DNA from: an uncultured Chloroflexia bacterium
GTDB lineage: Bacteria; Chloroflexota; Limnocylindria; Limnocylindrales; CSP1-4
DNA length: 64,000 nt
Direction of reading: 5' to 3'
NCBI GenBank assembly: GCA_963833225.1
Contig: CAWHXD010000007.1
Location: forward strand, 192,001 to 256,000
Position 1 is the stretch's first letter. Each line of letters opens with the position of its first letter. Shown here piece by piece: positions 42,011 to 50,949 of the stretch. Made by a program: the position numbers and the translations under genes. The notes beneath the pieces were generated by a model, which ran no database searches, was not told the origin of the DNA, and worked only from the letters and a program-made list of their open reading frames with translations.

Positions 42011-42342
42011 CCAGGCTTGACCTGGCGGAAGCAGTCCGAGCAATACACCGGCTTGTCCATGCGCGGCCGGAACGGGACCTGCGCCTGGTTGCCGCACGAC
42101 GAGCAGACCGCGACGAAGTACTCCCTCGGGGCGCGGTCGTCGGGGCGCTCGTAGCCGCGCGGTCCGCCCGCGGCATAGGCATCGCCGCTGTCCCGGGTTG
42201 CGCGCCGGTAGGCCCGGCAGGAGGTGCAGCGCTTGGGGTCGGACGTGAACCCCTTCTCCGCGTAGTACTCCTGGTCGGCCGCCGAATGGATGAACTCCAC
42301 CCCGCAATCGGCGCAGGTGATCGTCCGGTCGACGTAGGTCAT
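42007..42342 (-). CDS. Zinc-ribbon / CxxC-x17-CxxC domain protein
   Basis: CADC...PKRCTSC and CSSCG...VPFRP...PVYCSDCF; GGAGGAG RBS. Confidence 0.9.
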   Translation of the reverse strand: MTYVDRTITCADCGVEFIHSAADQEYYAEKGFTSDPKRCTSCRAYRRATRDSGDAYAAGGPRGYERPDDRAPREYFVAVCSSCGNQAQVPFRPRMDKPVYCSDCFRQVKPG

Positions 42343-42782
42343 GTGGTTGCTCCTCCCGGGCTCGCGATGTGGCAGTGCTGGTGCGGGCCCGGCCCGGGAG
42401 ATGCGCGTTGGCGGTCGCGGCGGGGAGTCAGCCGGGGCCTCCGGGCTTGTTGGCACGCGCTCGGAGTCCCGGGGTCGGGGCGCACTGGTGTCGTCTGGCC
42501 AGCATACCGCCGCTCGCGATTGCGGCTGAGGAAGGCTGTTCGTCCGCTCGCGGCGTGTCGCTGGCGGTGCCATCCAACCTGTCACAATGGGCGGCGAGAC
42601 TCGGCGTGGCGAGACGGGAGCGATGGGGGCGCCCGGATCGCAACCGGGTCCCAGGGGCAACCGGCCCCGCCTGAGCGACGTGCGGCCCTCTGCCAGGGTG
42701 CTGTCGTCGGGGGGCGAGGTGCGGCCGCTCGTGGGGCCCGGTCGGTGCGCCCGCCGGCGGACACATGGAGGCAGCCCACCGC

Positions 42783-43967
42783 ATGCTCCGGCTCCTGCAC
42801 ACCGCGGACGTGCATCTCGGCGCGCGCCATGCCGATCTCGGCGAGGCCGCCGCCGCCCAGCGCGAGCGCCAGTTCGCCGCCTTCGTCGCCAGCGTGGATC
42901 TCGCGCTCTCGGAGAAGGTGGACCTGTTCCTCGTCGCCGGGGACCTGTTCGACTCCAATGTCCAGCCCCGCCGCTCCGTGGAACGAGTCGCGGCGGAGCT
43001 TGGACGCCTGGTCAGGGACCGGGTCCGGACGGTCATCATCCCGGGCACCCACGACGTGTACGACCGCTCGTCCGTCTACCGCGCCTACGACCTCGCGGCC
43101 ATGGCCGGCGCAGCGGCGGGTGACGACCTGGTCACGGTGCTCACGCCGGAGCGCCCCTGGGTGCACCTCGACGCCCTGGACGCCGTGATCCACGGCCCGG
43201 TCTTCGCCACCAAGCGGGCCCCCCACAGCCCCCTTCGGGACCTCGCCTCGGTGAGCACGCCGGAGGCGACCTGGCGGATCGGGCTGGTCCACGGCGCCAT
43301 CGCGATCCCTGGCCGCACGGACCATGACGAGGTCGTGATCACGACCGACGAGATCGCCGCCAGCGGGCTGGACTACCTCGCGCTCGGTCACTGGCACGGC
43401 GCCCAGGTCGCCAGGGCCCGCGGCGTGACCTACGCGTATGCGGGGGCCCCGGAGCCCGTGGCGCTGGACCAGGACAAGGCGGGCAAGGTCCTGCTCGTGA
43501 CCCTGGACCAGCAATCGGGCGACAAGCAGGTCAGCGTCGAGGAGCGAGTGGTCGGGAAGACCACCTTCGAGCGGATCGAGATCGACGCCGCCACCCTCGA
43601 ATCGCAGCCGGCCCTCGTGGCCCGCCTCCGCGCCGCCGCGGACCGGGACCGCGTCCTGGACGTACGGCTGATCGGCGTCCGTCCGGACGCGCTGGACCTG
43701 GACACCGCGGAGGTCGAGGAGGCGCTCAAGCGCGACGTCCTCCGCATCCGCGTGCGGGACCACAGCCAACCGCCGCTGACCGACGGGGTCCTGCCCCCCG
43801 CCGAAACGGTCGCCGGGGCGTTCATCCGGACCATCGAGGGGCGGATCACGGCGCTCGAGGGCACCGACGGGTCGTCCGGCGCGACAGCCGGGCAGGAGGC
43901 GGAGGAGCTGCGTGACGTCCTTCGCCTTGGACGCCTGCTGCTCGCGGGCCGGGAGGTGACGCTGTGA
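42783..43967 (+). CDS. Mre11/SbcD-family metallophosphoesterase (YhaO-like DNA repair exonuclease)
   Basis: HTADVHLG, AGDLFD, PGTHD, VHG, YLALGHWH, YAGAPE. Confidence 0.9.
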   Translation: MLRLLHTADVHLGARHADLGEAAAAQRERQFAAFVASVDLALSEKVDLFLVAGDLFDSNVQPRRSVERVAAELGRLVRDRVRTVIIPGTHDVYDRSSVYRAYDLAAMAGAAAGDDLVTVLTPERPWVHLDALDAVIHGPVFATKRAPHSPLRDLASVSTPEATWRIGLVHGAIAIPGRTDHDEVVITTDEIAASGLDYLALGHWHGAQVARARGVTYAYAGAPEPVALDQDKAGKVLLVTLDQQSGDKQVSVEERVVGKTTFERIEIDAATLESQPALVARLRAAADRDRVLDVRLIGVRPDALDLDTAEVEEALKRDVLRIRVRDHSQPPLTDGVLPPAETVAGAFIRTIEGRITALEGTDGSSGATAGQEAEELRDVLRLGRLLLAGREVTL

Positions 43968-46151
43968 GGATCAGCAGCCTCTCCGTTCGCGACCTGCGCC
44001 GCTACCAGGACTCGACGATCGAGCTGGCACCCGGCCTGACCGTCGTCCGGGGGCCCAACGAGGCGGGCAAGTCCACCCTCCAGCGGGCGATCGAGCTGGC
44101 CCTGACCCGCAAGCCGACGACGACGGCCGCCGATATCGACGGGCTTGCCCCGTGGGGCTCCGGCCCCGAAGCGCGGCCCTGGGTCGCGCTCTCGTTCACC
44201 TGGGATGACGAGGACGGCGTCATCCACGAGGGTCGCCTCGAGAAGCACTTCCTGGGCGCCAGGGGCACGGTTCGGCTCGAGGTCGGCGACGAGATCGTGA
44301 CCGATCCGGTCCGTGCCGACGAGCTGCTCGCCGAGCTCTCGGGTGTGCCCACCGAGGGCTTCTTCCGGTCCACGGCGTCGGTCCGGCACCACGAGCTGGC
44401 CGGGCTCCAGCGCGACGAGGCCGCGCTGCGGGACCGCCTCCAGGCATCGATCAGCGGTGCGGACCGGGGCACCAGCCGCGCGAAGAAGCAGCTCGATCGC
44501 GCGCTGCGGCGGGCTCCGCGCGAGCGGGGCCAAGAACCCGGGCCGGCTCAAGGTGGCCGAGGACGCCCTGGGCGATGCCACCGCGCAGCTTCGGCTCGGG
44601 GAGGAGGGCCTCGCCAGGCTCGAACGGGACCGAGACACGCTGTCGCTTGCCCGCGAGCGCCGCACCGAGACGGAGAAGGCGCTGCTCGAGCGCCGTGCCC
44701 TGCTGGACAAGGCCCGCCAGGCCGAGCGGCTGACCTCCGAGCGGGAGGCCGCCCGTGAGCGGTACGAGCGGCTCCGCAGCGCGGTCATCGTGCGCGACGA
44801 GCTGGCCGACCTGGACGCGAACCACCCGTCACCCCAGCCCGTCGCCGTGCTCAAGCCGGCCGTCGAGCGGCTTCGGGCCCTGGAGACCAAGATCGCGACC
44901 CTCGAGGCGATGCTGCAGGGCGAGGTCCAGGTCAGCTTCGAGGCCAAGCCGGAGACGCGCTGGCGCCCGTTGTCGAGGCTCGCCCTGGTCCTGGCCGTCA
45001 TCGGCATCCTGGTGGCTGCGGGCGGGTTCGCGCTCGACGCGCTCGGGATCGTGGCGCTGGGCCCGGCCCTGCCGGCGGTGGGTGGCGGGCTGGCGGTCGT
45101 CGCCGTCGGGTTCGGCATCGTGGGCTGGTGGCTTCGCCGCAAGGACCGCGTCCAGCAGCAGCTCCAGGACGTGGAGGTGGATCGCCGTCTCCGCGGTCGG
45201 TCAGAGATCGAGCACGAGCTCAAGGCGGCCAACGTCGATCGGACGGCCGAGCTCGAGGCGCTTGCCGTCGAGATCACCGCCGAGGCCGAGGAGCGCCTCC
45301 GGGTCGAGGAGGCGCATGTCGCCCAGATCGACGAGCGCCGGGCGCGCCTCGCGGGGCTCGTGGGCGATGAGCCGCGGGACCGGCTGCCGGACCTGCGGGA
45401 CGCCTCGGCCCTGGAGATCGAGCAGAAGACATCGGCGCTCGATGCCCTGGGCCCGATCGCCAAGGAGCCCCGGGCGAGGGAGCGCCTGGAGGTCGAGGTC
45501 GCGGATGCCGAGCGCCAGCTGGAGCGCGCCCGCGACGAGGAGGCCGATGCCCGCGCCCGGGTCGAGCAGAACCCGGTGGACGCCGAGGAGGTCGCCGGCC
45601 TGGCCGAGCGGGTGGCGACCTGGACGGAGGAGCTGGCCGCCCTCAAGCGCCGCGAGCGCGTCTACGCCCTCACCCTGCGCGAGATCAACGCGGCGGAACA
45701 GGCCACCATGCAGCGCGCCACACGCTACCTCGAGCGTCGCATGGTCAAGGATCTCGCCCGCGTGACCGATGGCCGCTATCGCCGCGTCCGGGTGGACGAC
45801 ACCAACCTCAGCATCGACGTGTTCTCACCCGAGAAGGGCGACTGGGTGCCGGTGTCGGACCTTTCACAGGGCACGCTCGATGTCGTGTACCTCGCGGCCC
45901 GGCTGGGCCTGGTGCGGCTCGTGACCGGCGACCGCCGGCCACCGCTGGTCCTCGACGACCCGTTCGTGACCCTGGACGACCGCCGCGCCCCGCGGGCACT
46001 CGAGCTGCTGCGCGAGGTCAGTGCCGATTTCCAGGTGATCTACCTCACCACCTCGACCCGGTACGACGCGCTGGCGGACAAGGTCGTGGAGCTCGCCGGT
46101 CCCACCGCCACGGACCCCCATGTCGAGGCCGAGGAGGCCGCGCCTGCCTGA
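43964..46151 (+). CDS. Rad50/SbcC-like SMC-type ATPase with central transmembrane hairpin (YhaN-like); frameshift near 44510
   Basis: GPNEAGKST Walker A, coiled coil, two TM helices at about 44980-45130, LSQGT signature, LVLDDPF Walker B; GTGA overlap. Confidence 0.85.
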
Positions 46152-47010
46152 GCTCGGACCGGGCATCATCGTGGTCGTCCTGGGCCTCACGTCGGCGGTG
46201 ACCTGGGGGACCGGGGACTTTGGCGGCGGGCTGCTGAGCCGCCGGGCGCCCCTGTTCGGCGTGGTCGGCCTGACGCAGATCACCGGGATGTTCGCGGCGC
46301 TCGCGCTCGCGGTCGCCCTCGGCGAGCCGGTGCCGACGTTCCCGGACATCGGGTGGGCGATCGGCGCGGGGATCGGTGGGATCGTCGGGATCTCGTGCCT
46401 CTACCGCGGCCTCGCCGTGGGACGCATGGGCGTCGTGGCGCCGACCACCGGAATCATCGCGGCCACGGTCCCGGTCCTGGTCGGGTTCGCGATGCAGGGC
46501 ATCCCGGTGCCGGCGACCATCGCGGGGATCGTCGGTGCCCTGGTCGCGGTCGGGCTCGTCACGCGGGCGCCGGGTGTTGGCAGCGACCGGCCGTCGGGCC
46601 TGGAGTGGGCGGTCGTCTCGGGCATCGCCATCGCCTGGTTCAACATCTGCATCGGCCAGTTCAGCGGCGACAGCGCCTTCGGGCTGCTGGTCATCATCCG
46701 GCTCCTGCAGGCGATCGTGATGGCCTTGCTGATCGTCCTGTGGCGTCAGCCCTGGCGGCTCCCCGCGGACATCCTGGGCAAGCTGCTGGTCATCGGCCTG
46801 CTGGACATGATCGGGAATGCGGCGTTCATCCTCGCCGCCCAGGCCGGCGACCTCGCCGTCGCCGTGGTGCTGTCATCGCTGTACCCCGTGGTCACCGTGG
46901 TGCTGGCGATCGCCATCCTGCGCGAGCACCTGTCCCGCAGCCACGTGGCCGGCATCGTCCTGACCGCCATCTCGATCGTCCTGATCACGGCCGGGTCGGC
47001 CGGAGGGTGA
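46144..47010 (+). CDS. EamA/DMT family transporter
   Basis: WGTGDFGGG, GRMGVVAP, LSSLYPVVTV, LREHL; start uncertain (CTG 46144 or GTG 46171). Confidence 0.85.
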   Translation: MPELGPGIIVVVLGLTSAVTWGTGDFGGGLLSRRAPLFGVVGLTQITGMFAALALAVALGEPVPTFPDIGWAIGAGIGGIVGISCLYRGLAVGRMGVVAPTTGIIAATVPVLVGFAMQGIPVPATIAGIVGALVAVGLVTRAPGVGSDRPSGLEWAVVSGIAIAWFNICIGQFSGDSAFGLLVIIRLLQAIVMALLIVLWRQPWRLPADILGKLLVIGLLDMIGNAAFILAAQAGDLAVAVVLSSLYPVVTVVLAIAILREHLSRSHVAGIVLTAISIVLITAGSAGG

Positions 47011-47032
47011 TCGTGGCCGGTACGATGCGCCC

Positions 47033-47491
47033 GTGAGGATCTCCGCCAAGGTCGACTACGCGGTCCGCGCCCTGTGCGAGCTCGCCGCTCACCAGGCCGA
47101 TGTGCCCCTCAAGGCCGAGCAGATCGCCACCGCCCAGGAGATCCCGCTCTCGTTCCTCGAGAACATCCTCGTGGACCTGCGGCGCGCCGGGTTCGTGCGC
47201 TCGCTCCGCGGGCAGGTTGGCGGCTACCGGATGGCGAAGCCGGCGTCCGAGATCACGATCGCCGACGTCATCCGGGCCGTGGAGGGTCCGCTCGCCGATG
47301 TTCGCGGGCTGCGGCCCGAGCACCTGGAGTTCACGGGCTCCGCCACGGCGCTTCGCGACGTCTGGCTGGCGACGCGCGTGGGGCTGCGGCGGGTCCTGGA
47401 GCGGATCACCATCGGGGACGTGGTGGCCGGCAGCATCCCGCCCGACGTCGCGGTCCTGCTCGAGGACCCGGACGCGCTCATCCCGCACTGA
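47033..47491 (+). CDS. Rrf2 family transcriptional regulator lacking the Fe-S Cys triad (CymR-like)
   Basis: ISAKVDYAVRA, FLENIL, SLRGQVGGY, ITIADVIRAVEG. Confidence 0.92.
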   Translation: MRISAKVDYAVRALCELAAHQADVPLKAEQIATAQEIPLSFLENILVDLRRAGFVRSLRGQVGGYRMAKPASEITIADVIRAVEGPLADVRGLRPEHLEFTGSATALRDVWLATRVGLRRVLERITIGDVVAGSIPPDVAVLLEDPDALIPH

Positions 47492-47526
47492 CCCGCGTGC
47501 CGGGCGGCACCTCGGGCCCGTTCGCG

Positions 47527-48399
47527 CTAGGTGGTCAGGAGCCCCCGCTTCTCACGGATGCGCCGATCCAGCGTCCCGAACACCAGCGAGTCCAGCACGA
47601 TCCCGATGATCAGGATCACCAGCATGGTCGCCAGCAGGCCCTGCGCGTCGGACAGCTCCCGGTTGACCTGGAGCAGCTGGCCAAGGGACGCCTGGTTGGC
47701 GATGACCACGATCAGCTCGCCGGCCATCAGGCTCCGCCAGGCGAACGCCCATCCATTCTTGATGCCCGCCATGAACGAGGGCATCGCCGCCGGCAGGATG
47801 ACGTGGCGGTACTCGTCGATCCCCGTCGCACCGAGCACGCGGCCGGCCCGCCGGAGCACGGGCGGGATGTGGTCGATGCCGTGGATGAGCCCGTTCGCGA
47901 TCGACGGGGCCGCGCCGAGCACCACGACGAACGTGATGGCTTCCTCGGACAGCTTGAACAGCAGGATCGCCAGCGGGAACCAGGCGATCGAGGGCATGGT
48001 CTGGAGCCCGGTGATGAGCGACCCGATGGCCGCCCGCATGATCCGGAATCGCGTCACCATCGCCCCGATCGCCACCCCGATGACGATGGCCGCGGCAAAG
48101 CCCCAGATGCCACGCCGAAACGTGGTTGCCACGGCCAACCACAGTTGCGGTGTCTGCAGGTCCGACGCGAGCCGGGCCAGCACGTCAACCGGGCTCGGCA
48201 GCACGTACTGGGGGCGCCAGCCGGTCCAGACGACGGTCTGCCACAGCAGGAAGACCATGCTCAGCGCAAGCACCTTCGGCCACAGGCCGGACCAGGTGCG
48301 CCGGAGCGGGGACGCCGGGCCGACCAGCGGCGCGGCCAGGGCGTCCAGCCCGGCGACCTCCGCCCGGGATCGGGGCAGGTGCCGGATGCTAGCGGCCAT
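47527..48399 (-). CDS. Sulfonate/nitrate/taurine ABC transporter permease (SsuC/TauC-like)
   Basis: LPSP, GLQTMPSIAWFP, LPAAMP, AWRSLMAGE. Confidence 0.88.
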   Translation of the reverse strand: MAASIRHLPRSRAEVAGLDALAAPLVGPASPLRRTWSGLWPKVLALSMVFLLWQTVVWTGWRPQYVLPSPVDVLARLASDLQTPQLWLAVATTFRRGIWGFAAAIVIGVAIGAMVTRFRIMRAAIGSLITGLQTMPSIAWFPLAILLFKLSEEAITFVVVLGAAPSIANGLIHGIDHIPPVLRRAGRVLGATGIDEYRHVILPAAMPSFMAGIKNGWAFAWRSLMAGELIVVIANQASLGQLLQVNRELSDAQGLLATMLVILIIGIVLDSLVFGTLDRRIREKRGLLTT

Positions 48400-49204
48400 G
48401 GCTGGCGACCTCCTCACGCAGCCGCGCCGTCACGAGCGCGGCGAGCGCGGCGACGTCCGGATCCTCGATCCGGCGCGGCCGTGGGATGTCCACGCAGAAC
48501 TCCTCGGCCACTCGACCGGGCCGGCTGGTCAGCAGCACGATCCGGTCGCCGAGGCGTGCCGCCTCGCGGACGTTGTGGGTCACGAACACGATCGTGCAGC
48601 CGGTCTGCTGCCAGATCCGCTCCAGCTCGTCGTGCAGGATGTCGCGGGTCATCGCGTCCAGCGCGCCGAACGGCTCGTCCATGAGCAGGATCTCCGAGTC
48701 GCGGGCGAGGGCCCGCGCCAGGGCAGCGCGCTGGCGCATCCCGCCCGAGAGCTCGTGCGGCTGGCGATCCGCGAAGGCCGTGAGCTGGACCAGCTCGAGA
48801 AGCTCGGCGACACGCTCACGCCGCTCCCGGGTGGGGACCTTTCGGAGCTTGAGCGGCAGCTCGACGTTGCGCTCGACGGACAGCCACGGGAACAGGGCCG
48901 CATCCTGGAACATGAAGGATGGGTCGTCGGCACGGTGGACGGATCCGGTGGTCGGGGCGTCGAGGCCCGCGATCAGGTTGAGCAGCGTGGACTTGCCGCA
49001 CCCCGAGGCGCCGAGGATCGACACGAACTCGCCCTCGTGGACGGTCAGGCTGATGTCCTCGAGCGCGGTCACGGACCCGGAACCGGCGGGGAACACCTTG
49101 GTGACGGCATCGATCCGGACGGTGACCCGCCCGCCCGCGGTGGCCGGCGACTCGGGCGCGGACGGCCGCTCATCACCGCGTTCGGGAGCGCGGAGGGCGA
49201 TCAT
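48389..49204 (-). CDS. Sulfonate/nitrate/taurine ABC transporter ATPase (SsuB/TauB-like)
   Basis: GASGCGKST, LSGGMRQR, LLMDEPFGALD, FVTH, LTSRPG. Confidence 0.9.
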   Translation of the reverse strand: MIALRAPERGDERPSAPESPATAGGRVTVRIDAVTKVFPAGSGSVTALEDISLTVHEGEFVSILGASGCGKSTLLNLIAGLDAPTTGSVHRADDPSFMFQDAALFPWLSVERNVELPLKLRKVPTRERRERVAELLELVQLTAFADRQPHELSGGMRQRAALARALARDSEILLMDEPFGALDAMTRDILHDELERIWQQTGCTIVFVTHNVREAARLGDRIVLLTSRPGRVAEEFCVDIPRPRRIEDPDVAALAALVTARLREEVASHGR

Positions 49205-50296
49205 CGGCCCATGACCTCCGGCCGGCCGAGCGCCTTCAGGAGCGCGTTGAGCGGCGCGAGGTCGTACAGGCCCGTGAGATCACCCGGGTCCTCCAGCAGC
49301 CCGACGGCGATCGCGTCCTCCGCTGAGGTCGCGAGCGACGACGCGATCGGGTCGACCGTGAAGGTCAGGTTGCCCCACGCCGCCCTGAGCAGGCTGTCGC
49401 CGAGCTTCTTCGTCGTCCACTTCTGGATCTCCGCGTTGACGATCGCCTGCGCCTGATCCGGGTGTTCGTTGGTGAAGTCCACGGCTCTGATGGTCGCGAG
49501 CAGGATCCGCCGGATGACCTCCGGGTTCGCTTCCATGTACCGGCGGGAGACGAGAAGGTGCGTCGTGACGTACCGGCCGTCCGGCCACAGGTCCCGCTCG
49601 TCGACCAGCACCCTGGCGCCGGCATCCTCGATGAGCCGGGTCGCCCACGGCTCCGGGACCCAGGCGCCGTCGATGGTGCCCGCGATGAAGGTGTCGAGGG
49701 TCTGCGAGTTGTCCTGCGGGACGACGGACACGTCGCCGCCGCCGGCCGTGTCCGTGGACAGCCCCTGATCCCTGAGCCACGAACGAAGCGCGACGTCCTG
49801 GGTGTTGCCGAGCGACGGGCTCGCAACCTTCCTGCCCCTGAGGTCGGCAGCCGTGTCGATCCCGGGGCGAACGACGAGGAACGCGCCGCCCGAGGTGGAG
49901 CCCGAGATCACCTTGAAGTCGCCCCCGGCCTTGGAGAAGGCGTTGATGGCCGGGTTGGGACCGATGAACGTGATGTCGATCGCGTCGGCGAACAGCGCCT
50001 CGACGGCACTGGTGCCCGAGTTGAACGCCGAGACCTGGACCGTCGCCTTGGGCAGCAGCTCCGACAGCTGGCCACCGTCGGCGAGCGCCACCAGGCCGGG
50101 AGCGTGGGTGATGTTGGGGAACACCCCGAACCGGATCGTCACCGCGTCGTCGATGGGGCCGGGGACCCCCATCGTCGGCCGAGATGGCCGCGGCGGGTGC
50201 GGGACTGGGCAAGGACGCCCCGCTCCCACACGACACGGTCAGCAGCAGGGTGATGGCGGCGAGGGCAGGGACCCTGCCACCCACAGATGAGCCCAT
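49201..50296 (-). CDS. Sulfonate ABC substrate-binding lipoprotein (SsuA-like); N-terminal frameshift(s) near 50170-50235
   Basis: Lipobox LLLTVSC in one frame; FPNITHA, IGPNPAIN, PSLGNTQD, WVPEPW in another. Confidence 0.85.
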
Positions 50297-50324
50297 CGCG
50301 TTTCCCTTCCGCCTTTCACATCTT

Positions 50325-50359
50325 TCGACCTTTGTCGACCAACAAACTGAACATTAGCA
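50325..50359 (-). promoter_or_regulatory. Extended -10 promoter and palindromic operator upstream of the sulfonate ABC operon
   Basis: TGcTAATGT (minus, 50351-50359) in an AT-rich patch, followed by TCGAC-N4-GTCGA (50325-50338) before the RBS. Confidence 0.5.
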
Positions 50360-50412
50360 CACGGGTGGGGTGCCTGTCGCGGATGGCACGGCTCATGGCG
50401 GAGTAGCGGTCG

Positions 50413-50949
50413 TCAAGCTCTCGCCGGCACGCGCACGACCAGGGCGCTGTCGATGTCGATCGCGGTGGTGAGCCGCCACACGTTCTCGAATCCCTCCCGG
50501 GCCAGCTGACCGTCCGCGAGCGCGCGGCCGAGATCGGCCAGGTGCGAGCGGACGGCGTCGTCCGGGACCGCGAGCCGCCCCGGGCGTGCCCGGTTCCTCG
50601 CCAGCACCAGGTCCGCCGGCAGGTCGAGCGCGATCGCGATCGCCGGCAGGCCGGCGATCGAGGCCTCGCGGAGCAGGGCCGCCCGGGCGCGGGCCGTCAC
50701 GTTGGTCGCGTCGACCACGGTCAGGCGGCGGTCATGGAGTCGCCTGCGCAGGGCTCCGTGGAGGGCCGCGAACGCGGGCCGCGTCGCGCGCTGATCGGTG
50801 GGGTCGCCGCTCACCAGCCCGCGGTAGGCGTCCGACGAGAGGATCTCGTCCGCACCGAAATGCTGCGCCGCGAACGTGGACTTGCCGGCCCCCGCGGCGC
50901 CCACGAGCACGACCAGGCAGGGATCAGGGAGTCGGATCTCGGAGGGCAT
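50413..50949 (-). CDS. AAA_33 / polynucleotide-kinase-like P-loop protein
   Basis: LVVLVGAAGAGKSTFA, LSSD, VVDATN, RNRAR. Confidence 0.82.
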   Translation of the reverse strand: MPSEIRLPDPCLVVLVGAAGAGKSTFAAQHFGADEILSSDAYRGLVSGDPTDQRATRPAFAALHGALRRRLHDRRLTVVDATNVTARARAALLREASIAGLPAIAIALDLPADLVLARNRARPGRLAVPDDAVRSHLADLGRALADGQLAREGFENVWRLTTAIDIDSALVVRVPARA

